A DNA stretch of 41,252 nt from Planctomycetota bacterium (GTDB lineage: Bacteria; Planctomycetota; Phycisphaerae; UBA1845; CAIVHJ01): positions 1-41,252 of the forward strand of contig JACZTW010000001.1 of assembly GCA_022573485.1 (NCBI GenBank). Direction: 5' to 3'. The translations under genes were made by a program, and so were the position numbers. The notes under the pieces are model-generated. The model was not told the origin of the DNA and made no database searches. It saw nothing but the letters and a program-made list of their open reading frames with translations. Positions 6,566 to 14,967 of the stretch are shown one piece after another. Each line of letters begins with the position of its first letter. Positions within the stretch are counted from its first letter, which is position 1.

Positions 6566-8854
6566 ATGTCGCAGCAGTGCATCGATGTGAGCTTTGTGGC
6601 TTCTTTTGTTCCGCGGCAATGCGGCATCGCGACGTATACCAATGACTTGATTACCAATCTTGCCGCACATGTGCATAAGGTACCGCTCGCTGATGATGAT
6701 CATATCGGAATCGTCGCCCTGAACGATCGCGACGGTGAATACCAGTACGGCGAGCAGGTCCATTTCGAGATTCGTCAGCACCATCGGGGCGACTATCGCA
6801 ACGCGGCGGATTTTCTCAACACGAACAAGACGGACGTCATCAACTTACAGCACGAATACGGTTTGTTCGGAGGCACCGACGGCCGGTATGTCATCGAACT
6901 GCTCGAGCGCCTGAAGAAACCCGTGGTGACCACGTTGCACACCGTGCTGAGCGAACCGTCCGAAGGACAGCGTCACGTGCTGGGGAAGATTGGCGAGCTG
7001 AGCGCCACCGTGGTCGTGCTCGCGGAGCGCGCCAAATGGCTGCTGGAGGATCGCTACGGCGTGGACGCCGAGAAGATCCGCATGATCCATCACGGCACGC
7101 CGGACATTGAATTTCATGATCCCAACGAATTCAAAGAGCGCTTCATGGTCAAGGATCGACCGGTGCTTCTAACGTTTGGTTTGTTGGGTCCGGGCAAAGG
7201 CATCGAGACGATGCTGGATGCGCTGGCCATCGTCGCGCGGCGGCATCCCAACGTGGCCTACATGATCTTGGGCGCGACTCATCCGGCGGTGCGGCGGGAA
7301 TCGGGCGAATCGTATCGCCTCGGGCTGGAACGGCGGGCGGTGGACCTCGGTATCGCCAACAATGTCTTTTTCCATAATCATTATGTGACGCTGCCGGTGC
7401 TGGTGGATTTTCTGAAGGCTGCTGATCTGTACGTCACGCCGTATCGCTCGAAGGAGCAAATCGTCTCGGGCACGCTGGCCTTCGCGGTGGCCTGTGGTAA
7501 AGCAGTTGTCTCGACACCCTATTGGTATGCTCAGGAACTGCTCGGCGACGGTCGGGGACGACTGGTCGACTTCGATGACCCCGAAAGCATGGCTTGCGGT
7601 ATCAACGAACTGCTGGATGATGATGCTCTGCGGCTGGACCTTCAGAAAAAGGCCTACAAGTTCGGCCGCCGGATGATCTGGCCCGCGGTAGCGCGCGAGT
7701 ATAACGATACGTACCAGAAAGTGCTCAAGCAGGCTGCGCGGTGGGCGCCGGTCGAGGTCGGCGCCGGGAAGCCGACGCTTCAATTGTCGCTGCCCGAGGT
7801 GCGGCTCGATCACATGTTTCTGCTTACCGATGACACCGGGATGTTGCAGCACGCAGTCTACTCGACTCCAGATCGCAACCACGGCTATTGCACGGACGAC
7901 AACGCCCGGGCGCTCCTCGCCGCCACCATGAGCTATCGCCTGCTGAGCGACGCGACGGTCCTGCCGTATCTTGAGCGGTATCTTTCGTTTGTGGTCCATG
8001 CGTGGAACGATGAACTCAAACGTTTCCGCAATTTCATGTCGTATGATCGCCGCTGGCTGGATCAAGAGGGCACGGAGGACAGTTTGGCCCGCGTGATTTG
8101 GGCGCTGGGCTACTTGACAACCCATCCGCCGGCTGAGCAAGATCTCTCGCTGGCGGGCGAATTGTTCCACAAAGCGGTGGACTCGACGCGCTCCGTAGCG
8201 CATCCACGTGCCCAGGCGCTGTGCATTATTGGTTTCAGTTACTACCTGCGGCGCTTCGAGGGGGCCACGCAGATCCGCGAGCGCATGCGCACGATGGCCG
8301 ACGCCCTGTTTGCGCGATATGAACAGTATCGCAGCGACGATTGGGAATGGTGTGACGGGCACCTGACGTACAATAGCGGGCGTATGCCCCAGGCGCTTCT
8401 TCTTGCCGGGCAGGCGCTCGGAGAACAGCGATTTGTCGATTGCGGGATGCGTTCGCTGCAATGGCTGCTCAAGATCCACACCACGCCAAGCGGCGCGATA
8501 TCCCTGGTGGGCAACCGCGGGTGGTGGCCCAAGGGCGGCGAGCGGGCGGAGTTTGACCAACAACCCATCGATGCGGCGGCCTTGGTCGGCGCCTGCAAGT
8601 CGGCCTACAAAGTCACTGGCGAGCAGAAGTGGCTCGCGCAGATGCGCCTCTGTTTCGAGTGGTTTCTGGGCAGGAACATCCTCGAAACACCTCTGGTGGA
8701 CTTCAAAACGCGGGGCTGCTGCGACGGCCTCAATGCCGACGGCGTGAATCGCAATCAGGGCGCCGAGTCAACGTTGAGTTGGATTCTGTCGCTCTTGATT
8801 ATGCACGAGATGCATCCCGGCGAGCCTCAGGATCACGACGCCCGGATTGGCTGA
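6566..8854 (+). CDS. Fusion protein: N-terminal GT4 (group 1) glycosyltransferase plus a C-terminal ~370-aa domain of unknown function, possibly an alpha/alpha-toroid glycoside-hydrolase-like fold
   Basis: The N-terminal half has GT-B/GT4 hallmarks (...INLQHEYGLFGG..., ...DLYVTPYRSKEQIVSGTLAFAVACGKAVVSTP...). The C-terminal half (...LLTDDTGMLQHAVYSTPDRNHGYCTDDNARALLA...) is helix-rich with Trp/Asp motifs. Confidence 0.7.
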   Translation: MSQQCIDVSFVASFVPRQCGIATYTNDLITNLAAHVHKVPLADDDHIGIVALNDRDGEYQYGEQVHFEIRQHHRGDYRNAADFLNTNKTDVINLQHEYGLFGGTDGRYVIELLERLKKPVVTTLHTVLSEPSEGQRHVLGKIGELSATVVVLAERAKWLLEDRYGVDAEKIRMIHHGTPDIEFHDPNEFKERFMVKDRPVLLTFGLLGPGKGIETMLDALAIVARRHPNVAYMILGATHPAVRRESGESYRLGLERRAVDLGIANNVFFHNHYVTLPVLVDFLKAADLYVTPYRSKEQIVSGTLAFAVACGKAVVSTPYWYAQELLGDGRGRLVDFDDPESMACGINELLDDDALRLDLQKKAYKFGRRMIWPAVAREYNDTYQKVLKQAARWAPVEVGAGKPTLQLSLPEVRLDHMFLLTDDTGMLQHAVYSTPDRNHGYCTDDNARALLAATMSYRLLSDATVLPYLERYLSFVVHAWNDELKRFRNFMSYDRRWLDQEGTEDSLARVIWALGYLTTHPPAEQDLSLAGELFHKAVDSTRSVAHPRAQALCIIGFSYYLRRFEGATQIRERMRTMADALFARYEQYRSDDWEWCDGHLTYNSGRMPQALLLAGQALGEQRFVDCGMRSLQWLLKIHTTPSGAISLVGNRGWWPKGGERAEFDQQPIDAAALVGACKSAYKVTGEQKWLAQMRLCFEWFLGRNILETPLVDFKTRGCCDGLNADGVNRNQGAESTLSWILSLLIMHEMHPGEPQDHDARIG

Positions 8855-10238
8855 GGGGTGCCTGGGGCGACCGGCGAAAGAACAACAGGTAGCAGATCGC
8901 CGCGGCGATGATCCAGCCAACGCCGATAAACGCGACCGACCGAACCTCGGGATTGCGGAAGGCGCCGACCACAATGCCGATCTCACCAACCACGAACAGC
9001 AGCGGCACGACCGGATAGCCCGGCACGCGCAACGGTCGGTCGGCTTGGGGTCGTTTTCGCCGCAACACCAAAAGTGCGCAACCCGTCAGCGCGAAGAAGA
9101 CTCCGTCGATGAAGACGACGCCGGTGATCAGCTTGCCCACGCTTTCTTCCCCAGCGAGCAGCAGGAGCACGAGGGCCATGCCGGCGATCAGCATGATCGC
9201 GGGAATCGGCGTTGCGCGGTGCGCACTGATACGGGCGAACGGGCTGAAGAATCTGCCGTCCAAAGCCATGCCGTAGACCAGTCGAGGCCCCGACAGAAGC
9301 TGGGCATTGAGTACGCCGCACGCGGAGAGCGCGACGCCCGCTGCGATGGCCCGTCTGCCATACCCCGGCCAGACTCCGGCCACTGCGTCCGCCGCCAGGG
9401 TCTCGCTGCCCGCCACGCCGCCGTAGCCAAGCAGCCGAAAGTACGCCCAGTTTACCAACAGGTAGACGACAACGACCGTCACGACACCCGTGATGATGGC
9501 GAACGGTACGTTGCGCTGCGGCTGGCGGATTTCGCCGCCGATCCACAGCGCGTGCTGCCAACCTCCGAACGAAAACATCGCTGGAATCATTGCCGCGAAC
9601 ACCAAGCCTACAATTCCGATGCCCGCCACGCCATTCTGCTGCGCGTTCATTAAGCCCACAGCAGGCTTCGCGGAATCGACGGTCGCGGCGATCCCTGTGA
9701 TTACGAGAAGCGTTCCTACCTTGGCACAGACCGTGAGATTCTGGACACTGGATCCCCACTTCACGCCTATGCCGTTTGCCAACGCCAAACCGACGATCAA
9801 CATCGCTGAAGCCGCGCTGACTTGCAGCGCGTCCGGAGTCCCGGTGCCCACCGCCTCCCACAGATTCCGCACGCAGATGATGGCGATGATGGCGATGGCT
9901 CCCGCCTGGATAGCCGTCGCATTGCAAAAGACGTAGACGAATGCCGGGAGCGGCCCGTAAGAGTCACGCAGAAGCTCATATTGGCCGCCCGTGTGCGGAT
10001 AGAGACCCCCGAGCTCGGCGAACGTCAGAGCGCCGGTCAGCGCGATAGCCCCGGCGATGGCCCAGGCCAACATCGCCATCCCGCTGCTGCCTGCCAATCG
10101 CGCTACCTCGCTGGGCGTGAAGAAGATGCCGACGCCGATGATGGCGCCGATGACGACACACGTCGCCCCGAAGGGACCCATTACACGACGCAGCCCTGTT
10201 TCTGAGTCGTTCCTTTCAGCAGTTTCGTTCATTCCCAT
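8799..10238 (-). CDS. APC-superfamily amino acid permease
   Basis: 479 aa with about 12 hydrophobic segments. The N-terminal motif ...GATCVVIGAIIGVGIFFTPSEVA... is typical of amino acid/polyamine/organocation transporters. Confidence 0.85.
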   Translation of the reverse strand: MGMNETAERNDSETGLRRVMGPFGATCVVIGAIIGVGIFFTPSEVARLAGSSGMAMLAWAIAGAIALTGALTFAELGGLYPHTGGQYELLRDSYGPLPAFVYVFCNATAIQAGAIAIIAIICVRNLWEAVGTGTPDALQVSAASAMLIVGLALANGIGVKWGSSVQNLTVCAKVGTLLVITGIAATVDSAKPAVGLMNAQQNGVAGIGIVGLVFAAMIPAMFSFGGWQHALWIGGEIRQPQRNVPFAIITGVVTVVVVYLLVNWAYFRLLGYGGVAGSETLAADAVAGVWPGYGRRAIAAGVALSACGVLNAQLLSGPRLVYGMALDGRFFSPFARISAHRATPIPAIMLIAGMALVLLLLAGEESVGKLITGVVFIDGVFFALTGCALLVLRRKRPQADRPLRVPGYPVVPLLFVVGEIGIVVGAFRNPEVRSVAFIGVGWIIAAAICYLLFFRRSPQAPLSQSGRRDPEARRDASRA

Positions 10239-10327
10239 TTGGCCCTCAGTATAGCGTCAACCTTGATATCGCGGGTTCAGTCTCGAACTAGCGGCCTGCT
10301 GCGAGGCGCTCGAGAATGTAGTATTCT

Positions 10328-10427
10328 AGGCTTTGTCTGAAAACGCATGTAGTGGTCGGCGTCCCTGCCGACCGTCGGCCGGCACAGAGGCCGGCCACTA
10401 CGACAGCCGAGTTTTCAGACAAGGCCT
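10328..10427. repeat. About 100-bp imperfect palindromic element (REP/MITE-like)
   Basis: Left arm AGGCTTTGTCTGAAAAC...GTAGTGGTCGGC. Right arm GCCGGCCACTAC...GTTTTCAGACAAGGCCT. The GC-rich core also contains CCGACCGTCGGCCGG. It lies in a 414-bp intergenic gap. Confidence 0.6.
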
Positions 10428-10652
10428 TGAACAATTTCTATCCTGTTGCAGCGTTTCGGAGTCGATTCTTCCTTGAGGATCTTCCAACGCGGACGCCATA
10501 CGATGATCGCAAGCGCTCTAAACCTCGGGGCGGTCGCGAACGGCGCAGGCTGGAGATGCAGGCATTGCGGCTTCAACTTCCAGAGGAATTCGAGTAGGCT
10601 ATCGATGTGACCTGGCGCGTGTCGAGTAGTTCTTGCATGGAAGGCGCGGGCG

Positions 10653-11216
10653 ATGGCTGAAACCAACACACCGACGACAGTTCTGCGTGAAGAGCACCGG
10701 CTCATTTTGAAGGTTCTGGACGCGTTAGAGCGCGTTCTGAACGAGGGCTCGGCCGTGAGCGCGCAGAATGTTGAGACGCTCGCTAAGTTCGTCTCTTTCT
10801 TCCGGCTTTTTGCGGATGCTTGTCATCATGGCAAGGAGGAGGACTTGCTTTTCCCCGAACTGGAAGCGCGTGGGATTCCCCGCGAGGGCGGGCCGATCGG
10901 CGTGATGCTGGCGGAACATGAGCAGGGCCGAGGGTTCGTGCGGCAGATGCACGAAGCGCTGCCGGGGGCCCGCGCCGGTGAGGCAGCGGCCGTGGATGCG
11001 CTGGTCTCGGCGGGCAGGGACTACATTGATCTTCTTCGTCAGCACATCGACAAGGAAAACAACGTGCTGTTCATGATGGCGGATCGCGTCGTGGACGAGT
11101 CGTCCTGCGCCAGACTCTGCGGGGAGTACGCCCACGTCTGCAGCGGGAAGTTTTCCGGTCAGACAAAAGACGAATTACAGGAATTGGCAGCGGAACTCAT
11201 CCGCGCGGCAGTTTAA
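10653..11216 (+). CDS. Hemerythrin-like (HHE cation-binding) domain protein
   Basis: ...LREEHRLILKVLDALE..., ...ADACHHGKEEDLLFPELE..., ...MLAEHEQGR... and ...QHIDKENNVLFMMAD... form the His/Glu pattern of hemerythrin-like domains. Confidence 0.8.
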   Translation: MAETNTPTTVLREEHRLILKVLDALERVLNEGSAVSAQNVETLAKFVSFFRLFADACHHGKEEDLLFPELEARGIPREGGPIGVMLAEHEQGRGFVRQMHEALPGARAGEAAAVDALVSAGRDYIDLLRQHIDKENNVLFMMADRVVDESSCARLCGEYAHVCSGKFSGQTKDELQELAAELIRAAV

Positions 11217-11321
11217 TCCGGAACGGACGGTGATCGGGCATTGGTTGAGACGTGAGTTCGTACGCCGGCGGTGGTACTGCCGCATCTGGCAATTCAGGTT
11301 GGCGCTTGTAGTTGATGTGCA

Positions 11322-12419
11322 ATGAGTATGGTTCTCGCAGTTGTCATGCCGAAGCCCGATGTGCCGGTCGAGCTTCGCGAGATACCTGAGCCGGTCCTGG
11401 AGCCGAATTCGGCCCTTCTGGGCGTGGAACTCAGCGAAGTCTGCGGGACCGATGTGCACCTCCAGCAGGGCCGACTGGCCGACGTGCCATATCCCATCAT
11501 CCCGGGCCATGTCTCGATCGGGCGCCTCGAGAAGATTCGAGGTGAGCTGCTCGACGTACACGGTCAGCCGTTCGCCGAGGGCGATCGAGTCACGTTTCTG
11601 GATGTCCACAAGACTTGCAACGCATGTTGGCATTGCCTCGTTGCAAAGGCGAGCACGCGCTGCCCACACCGCAAGGTCTACGGAATCACGTACGGATTGG
11701 ACGACGGCCTGACCGGCGGCTGGGCCCAGAAAGTGTATCTCAAACCGGGGACGCGCTGCATCCGCTTCGATGCGGGCGATCCGGCCGCGTTCATGGCGGG
11801 TGGCTGCGCGCTGCCGACGGCGCTGCACGCGGTACAGCGAGCGGAAGTGTCGATCGGCGACACCGTCCTGGTACTGGGCAGCGGTCCGGTTGGCCTGTCG
11901 TGCATTATCTGCGCGGCCATGCAGGGCGCGCTTCGCGTCTTGTGCATCGGCGCACCGCAAAACCGACTCGAAGCCGCCGAGACCGTCGGCGCGGCGGCGA
12001 CCCTCGACTTTGAAAAGCATGATGAAGAGTCGCGTCGTCAGTGGGTGTTGGATCATACGCAGGGTCGCGGGGCAGACATCACCATCGAAGCCTCGGGCGC
12101 TCCGGCGGCGGTGGTGCAGGCCATGCGGTTCACACGCGACGCCGGGCGCGTTGTGATCGTCGGGCAATACACGGATCACGGTGAAGTGTCGTTCAATCCG
12201 CATCTCGATTTGAACAAGAAACATCTCGACGTTCGCGGCTGCTGGGGGTCGGATTTTTCGCATTTCTATCTGGGCGTCCAGATCATGAGCGACGCGGTGC
12301 GATCCGATCCCTGGAAGCGCTTGCGGCTCCAAAGCTTCGGCCTGTCCGAAGCTAATGAGGCGCTGGATCGAGTCGCTTCCGGAGGCGTGATCAAAGCTCT
12401 GATCGATCCCAGCATGTGA
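11322..12419 (+). CDS. Zinc-dependent medium-chain alcohol dehydrogenase/reductase
   Basis: ...SEVCGTDVHLQQGRL...PIIPGHVSIG... is the catalytic Zn site. ...CNACWHCLVAKASTRC... is the structural Zn loop. ...VLVLGSGPVGL... is the Rossmann motif. Confidence 0.88.
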   Translation: MSMVLAVVMPKPDVPVELREIPEPVLEPNSALLGVELSEVCGTDVHLQQGRLADVPYPIIPGHVSIGRLEKIRGELLDVHGQPFAEGDRVTFLDVHKTCNACWHCLVAKASTRCPHRKVYGITYGLDDGLTGGWAQKVYLKPGTRCIRFDAGDPAAFMAGGCALPTALHAVQRAEVSIGDTVLVLGSGPVGLSCIICAAMQGALRVLCIGAPQNRLEAAETVGAAATLDFEKHDEESRRQWVLDHTQGRGADITIEASGAPAAVVQAMRFTRDAGRVVIVGQYTDHGEVSFNPHLDLNKKHLDVRGCWGSDFSHFYLGVQIMSDAVRSDPWKRLRLQSFGLSEANEALDRVASGGVIKALIDPSM

Positions 12420-12468
12420 AGGTGTCTTACCGCGCGATACTCGTGATTTCGATACACGTACCGCAATA

Positions 12469-12535
12469 CGTGGCGTCTGCTAAACGACGAAGTCACTTCG
12501 ACGCACCCTATATGTAGCTTGCGGTTTGGCAGCGG
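12469..12535 (-). repeat. Copy C (inverted orientation) of a ~67-nt intergenic repeat with CTGCTAAACG / CGTTTGGCAG-type terminal inverted arms
   Basis: The reverse complement aligns without gaps to 39973-40039 at about 70% identity by hand count. This includes the 20-of-21-nt block GTGACTTCGTCGTTT(A/G)GCAGAC. Confidence 0.55.
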
Positions 12536-12655
12536 ATGCGAAGGAGTGATGATTTTCAATCGGATCAGATTTGCAATGCAGGTGGATTTTACAAGTCCGG
12601 CGTGTAGCGCGACGGCGATCCTCAGTTGACGATCCGTGCCGATTTCCCGCAGCAG

Positions 12656-12664
12656 TGCTATAAT
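12656..12664 (+). promoter_or_regulatory. Candidate extended -10 promoter element TGcTATAAT
   Basis: TGCTATAAT at 12656-12664, followed by AAGGAG (12675-12680) and the ATG at 12689. No good -35 element at 17-bp spacing. Confidence 0.3.
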
Positions 12665-12688
12665 GTCCAAATCAAAGGAGTTCGGAGT

Positions 12689-13703
12689 ATGCCCACATTG
12701 TTCGGGCGACGTTACATGCGCCCGGAATTGAAGAGTTCGGGTGAGATTTACGTCGGCATCTTTGTGTTGATTCTTGCGGGTTCGCTGTGTGCCGCGCTGG
12801 TGGTTCATTCACAGGGTGACGCCCCCAAGCTGTTTGAGATCGCACCGGAGTACTCGCAGGGGCGGAAAGTGCAGGAGGCGGCGGCTGCCGCGCTGCCGCG
12901 GCTGGACTCGCCGGACTGGAGCGAAGCGCGGGATGTTCGCACGTTCACGAAGAATACGCTCTACGAGAAGATCAACGGTCGGGCAGATATCTACTTCGAG
13001 TACAATTTCAAGCTGCTGACATTCGCCAAGTACGTCAACATCCAATCGCCCGATGAGGACATTCAAGTTTATATCTATGACATGGCTGAGCCCGCGAACG
13101 CTCTGGGCATCTACAAAGCGGAGCTGTCTGAGAACCCAGTATTGGCCGAGGTGGGTCGCGAGGGTTACCGCTCCGGGCCGAGTGTGTTCTTTTGGAAAGG
13201 GCCTATGTATATCTCAGTGATGGCGTTCGAGCCCTCGCTGGCGGACATTTGCTTGACCCTGGCTCGGAAACTTGCCGAAACGATCGAAAACAGCGAACAG
13301 CTTCACTGGTCGGAAGTCCTTTTCCCCAAAGAAGATATGACTTCCGAAGGGCTTCAATACAAGGCCAATAACGTCTTCGGGCTCGATTTCTTGAATGCAG
13401 TGTATCTCGTAGAGTATTCTAGTAGTAGTGGCCGGGCCAAACTTTTTTGCTCATCAGGCGGCGAGCGAATCGACCGCCCAACAACTGCTTCAGAGCTACG
13501 TTGCGTCCTTCCGAGAGTGTGGTGAAGTGCTCAGTGAGGCGGACGGAATCGTCATCGGCGATGCCGGCGGCGTTATCGACGCCGTGTTCCGCGTGGGCCG
13601 ATACTTGGCGGGCATCAGTGAAGCAAAAGACGCCCAGGCGGCTGGCGAGCAAGCGAGGCGTTTCCGTGAACGCGTGCGACAGGTGATCGATCAATTGCCG
13701 TAG
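12689..13703 (+). pseudogene. Membrane-anchored protein of unknown function, split by a +1 frameshift in a T6 run (13443-13448)
   Basis: The frame starting at 12689 (MPTLFGRRYMRPEL..., one TM helix) reads ...YLVEYSSSSGRAKLF, then decays into 27 more codons before a stop at 13525. The next frame continues sensibly as AHQAASESTAQQLLQSYVASFRECGEVL... to 13703. Removing one T from CTTTTTTG joins them as ...KLFAHQAAS... Confidence 0.65.
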
Positions 13704-13714
13704 GACACGCAGGC

Positions 13715-14809
13715 ATGGGCAATCATTCAGAATCCACTCCTTCGAGGCAGCTTAGTCGGCGTGAGATGCTGATCCGCGGCGGGCAGACGCTCGGTGCGAG
13801 CGCGCTGGCGCTGGCCGGGGGCAAGTGGCTCTACGATACGTAGGGCGATGCGGGTCTGGCGTTTGGCGAGCCGGAGCACTTCAAGAACTACTTTGAAGAA
13901 ATCGATTTTCCCGCGAGCCTGCCGCGCATCAGCGTTGCCCGGGGCACGCCGGGGAATATCGAAAAAATGTTGCAGGCCGCCATCGGCGAACTGGGCGGCG
14001 AACAGGGCATCGGGCGGTTCATCAAGAAGGGCGATGTCGTTCTCATCAAACCGAATGTGGGCTTCGAGCGCGACCCGCGCCTGGGCGCCACCACTAATCC
14101 GGACGTGCTGCGCAGCTTGATCCGGCTGGTCCGACAGGCGGGCGCGAAGAAGATTCTGGTCGCTGACAATCCGATCGAGCAACCGGCGGCCTGTTTCTTG
14201 CGATCGAAGATCCAGGAAGCCGCCGAGCAGGAAGGCGCCAAAGTGATCCTGCCGGCGGCCGTTCATTTTCAATCGGTTCAGATCCGCGCCGGCCTGCCCG
14301 ATGCCGGTCGGCATGAGGCGCTGGGCACCTGGCCGATCTTTTGGAAACCGCTGGCCGAGGCGAACAAGGTCATCGGCATCGCCCCGGTCAAGGATCACAA
14401 TCTGTGCAACGCGTCCATGAGCATGAAGAACTGGTACGGCCTGCTGGGCGGGCGGCGGAATCAGTTTCATCAAGCCATCCACCACATCGTCAGCGATTTG
14501 GGCTTTATGATGTCGCCGACTCTGGTGATCAATGACGGAACGCTCGTCATGATGCGGAATGGACCGACCGGCGGACGTCTCGAGGACGTTAAGGAAGGCA
14601 ATGTCATCGTCGCGGGCGTGGATCCGATCGCTACGGATGCCTGGACCTGTGAGCATGTGCTCGGCCGCGATCCGGCGCATTTGACCTACCTGCAATATGC
14701 ACATGACAAGTTCGGCGGGCAACACTTCGAGCAAGCTAATCGCTTCGGGCAGCTCGACTGGTCGAGCTTGCAGCGCGAAGGCAAGATCGTCGAGACTTTG
14801 GTGGGTTGA
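13715..14809 (+). pseudogene. Tat-signal DUF362-domain protein interrupted by an in-frame TAG at 13841-13843
   Basis: The ATG at 13715 encodes MGNHSESTPSRQLSRREMLIRGGQTLGASALALAGGKWLYDT, then TAG. The same frame continues GDAGLAFGEPEHFKNYFEEIDFPASLPRISVARGTPGNIEKMLQAAIGELGG...KKGDVVLIKPNVGFE...TTNPDVL..., which is the DUF362 core. No ATG/GTG/TTG lies in frame between the TAG and the Met at 13967, yet conserved-looking sequence (RISVARG) lies in that gap. Confidence 0.7.
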
Positions 14810-14864
14810 TGGAACTCGAATCGAACGTGCAAGACGGCGCTATGATCCTATTTGCATCGGCGAT

Positions 14865-14927
14865 GCTGCTAAACGGCAAGCCACGGGCTGCGTTTTGGGG
14901 TTTGGCCTTGTCGTTTCTCGACTGCTC
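14865..14927 (+). repeat. Copy A (3' half degenerate) of the ~67-nt intergenic repeat
   Basis: GCTGCTAAACGGCAAGCCACGGGCTG matches 39975-40000 (GCTGCTAAACGGCAAGCCAACGGCTG) with 2 mismatches in 26. The remainder is more diverged. Confidence 0.5.
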
Positions 14928-14967
14928 AAACGAATGTCGTTCATCAGAGAGACAGTAGTCGATAGAC

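Noticed and set aside
12625-12630. TTGACG as the -35 box paired with the TATAAT at 12659.
   Set aside because: The spacing to the -10 hexamer is about 28 nt, far from the 16-18 nt expected. The promoter call therefore rests only on the extended -10 (TGnTATAAT).
13841-13843. Reading the in-frame TAG as pyrrolysine or as genome-wide stop-codon reassignment.
   Set aside because: TAG terminates several well-defined genes in this window: nuoA at 110-112, the AKR at 18500-18502, the deacetylase at 36236-36238 and the upstream gene at 13701-13703. No pyl-type genes are visible. A local mutation, a base-call error or site-specific readthrough is more parsimonious.
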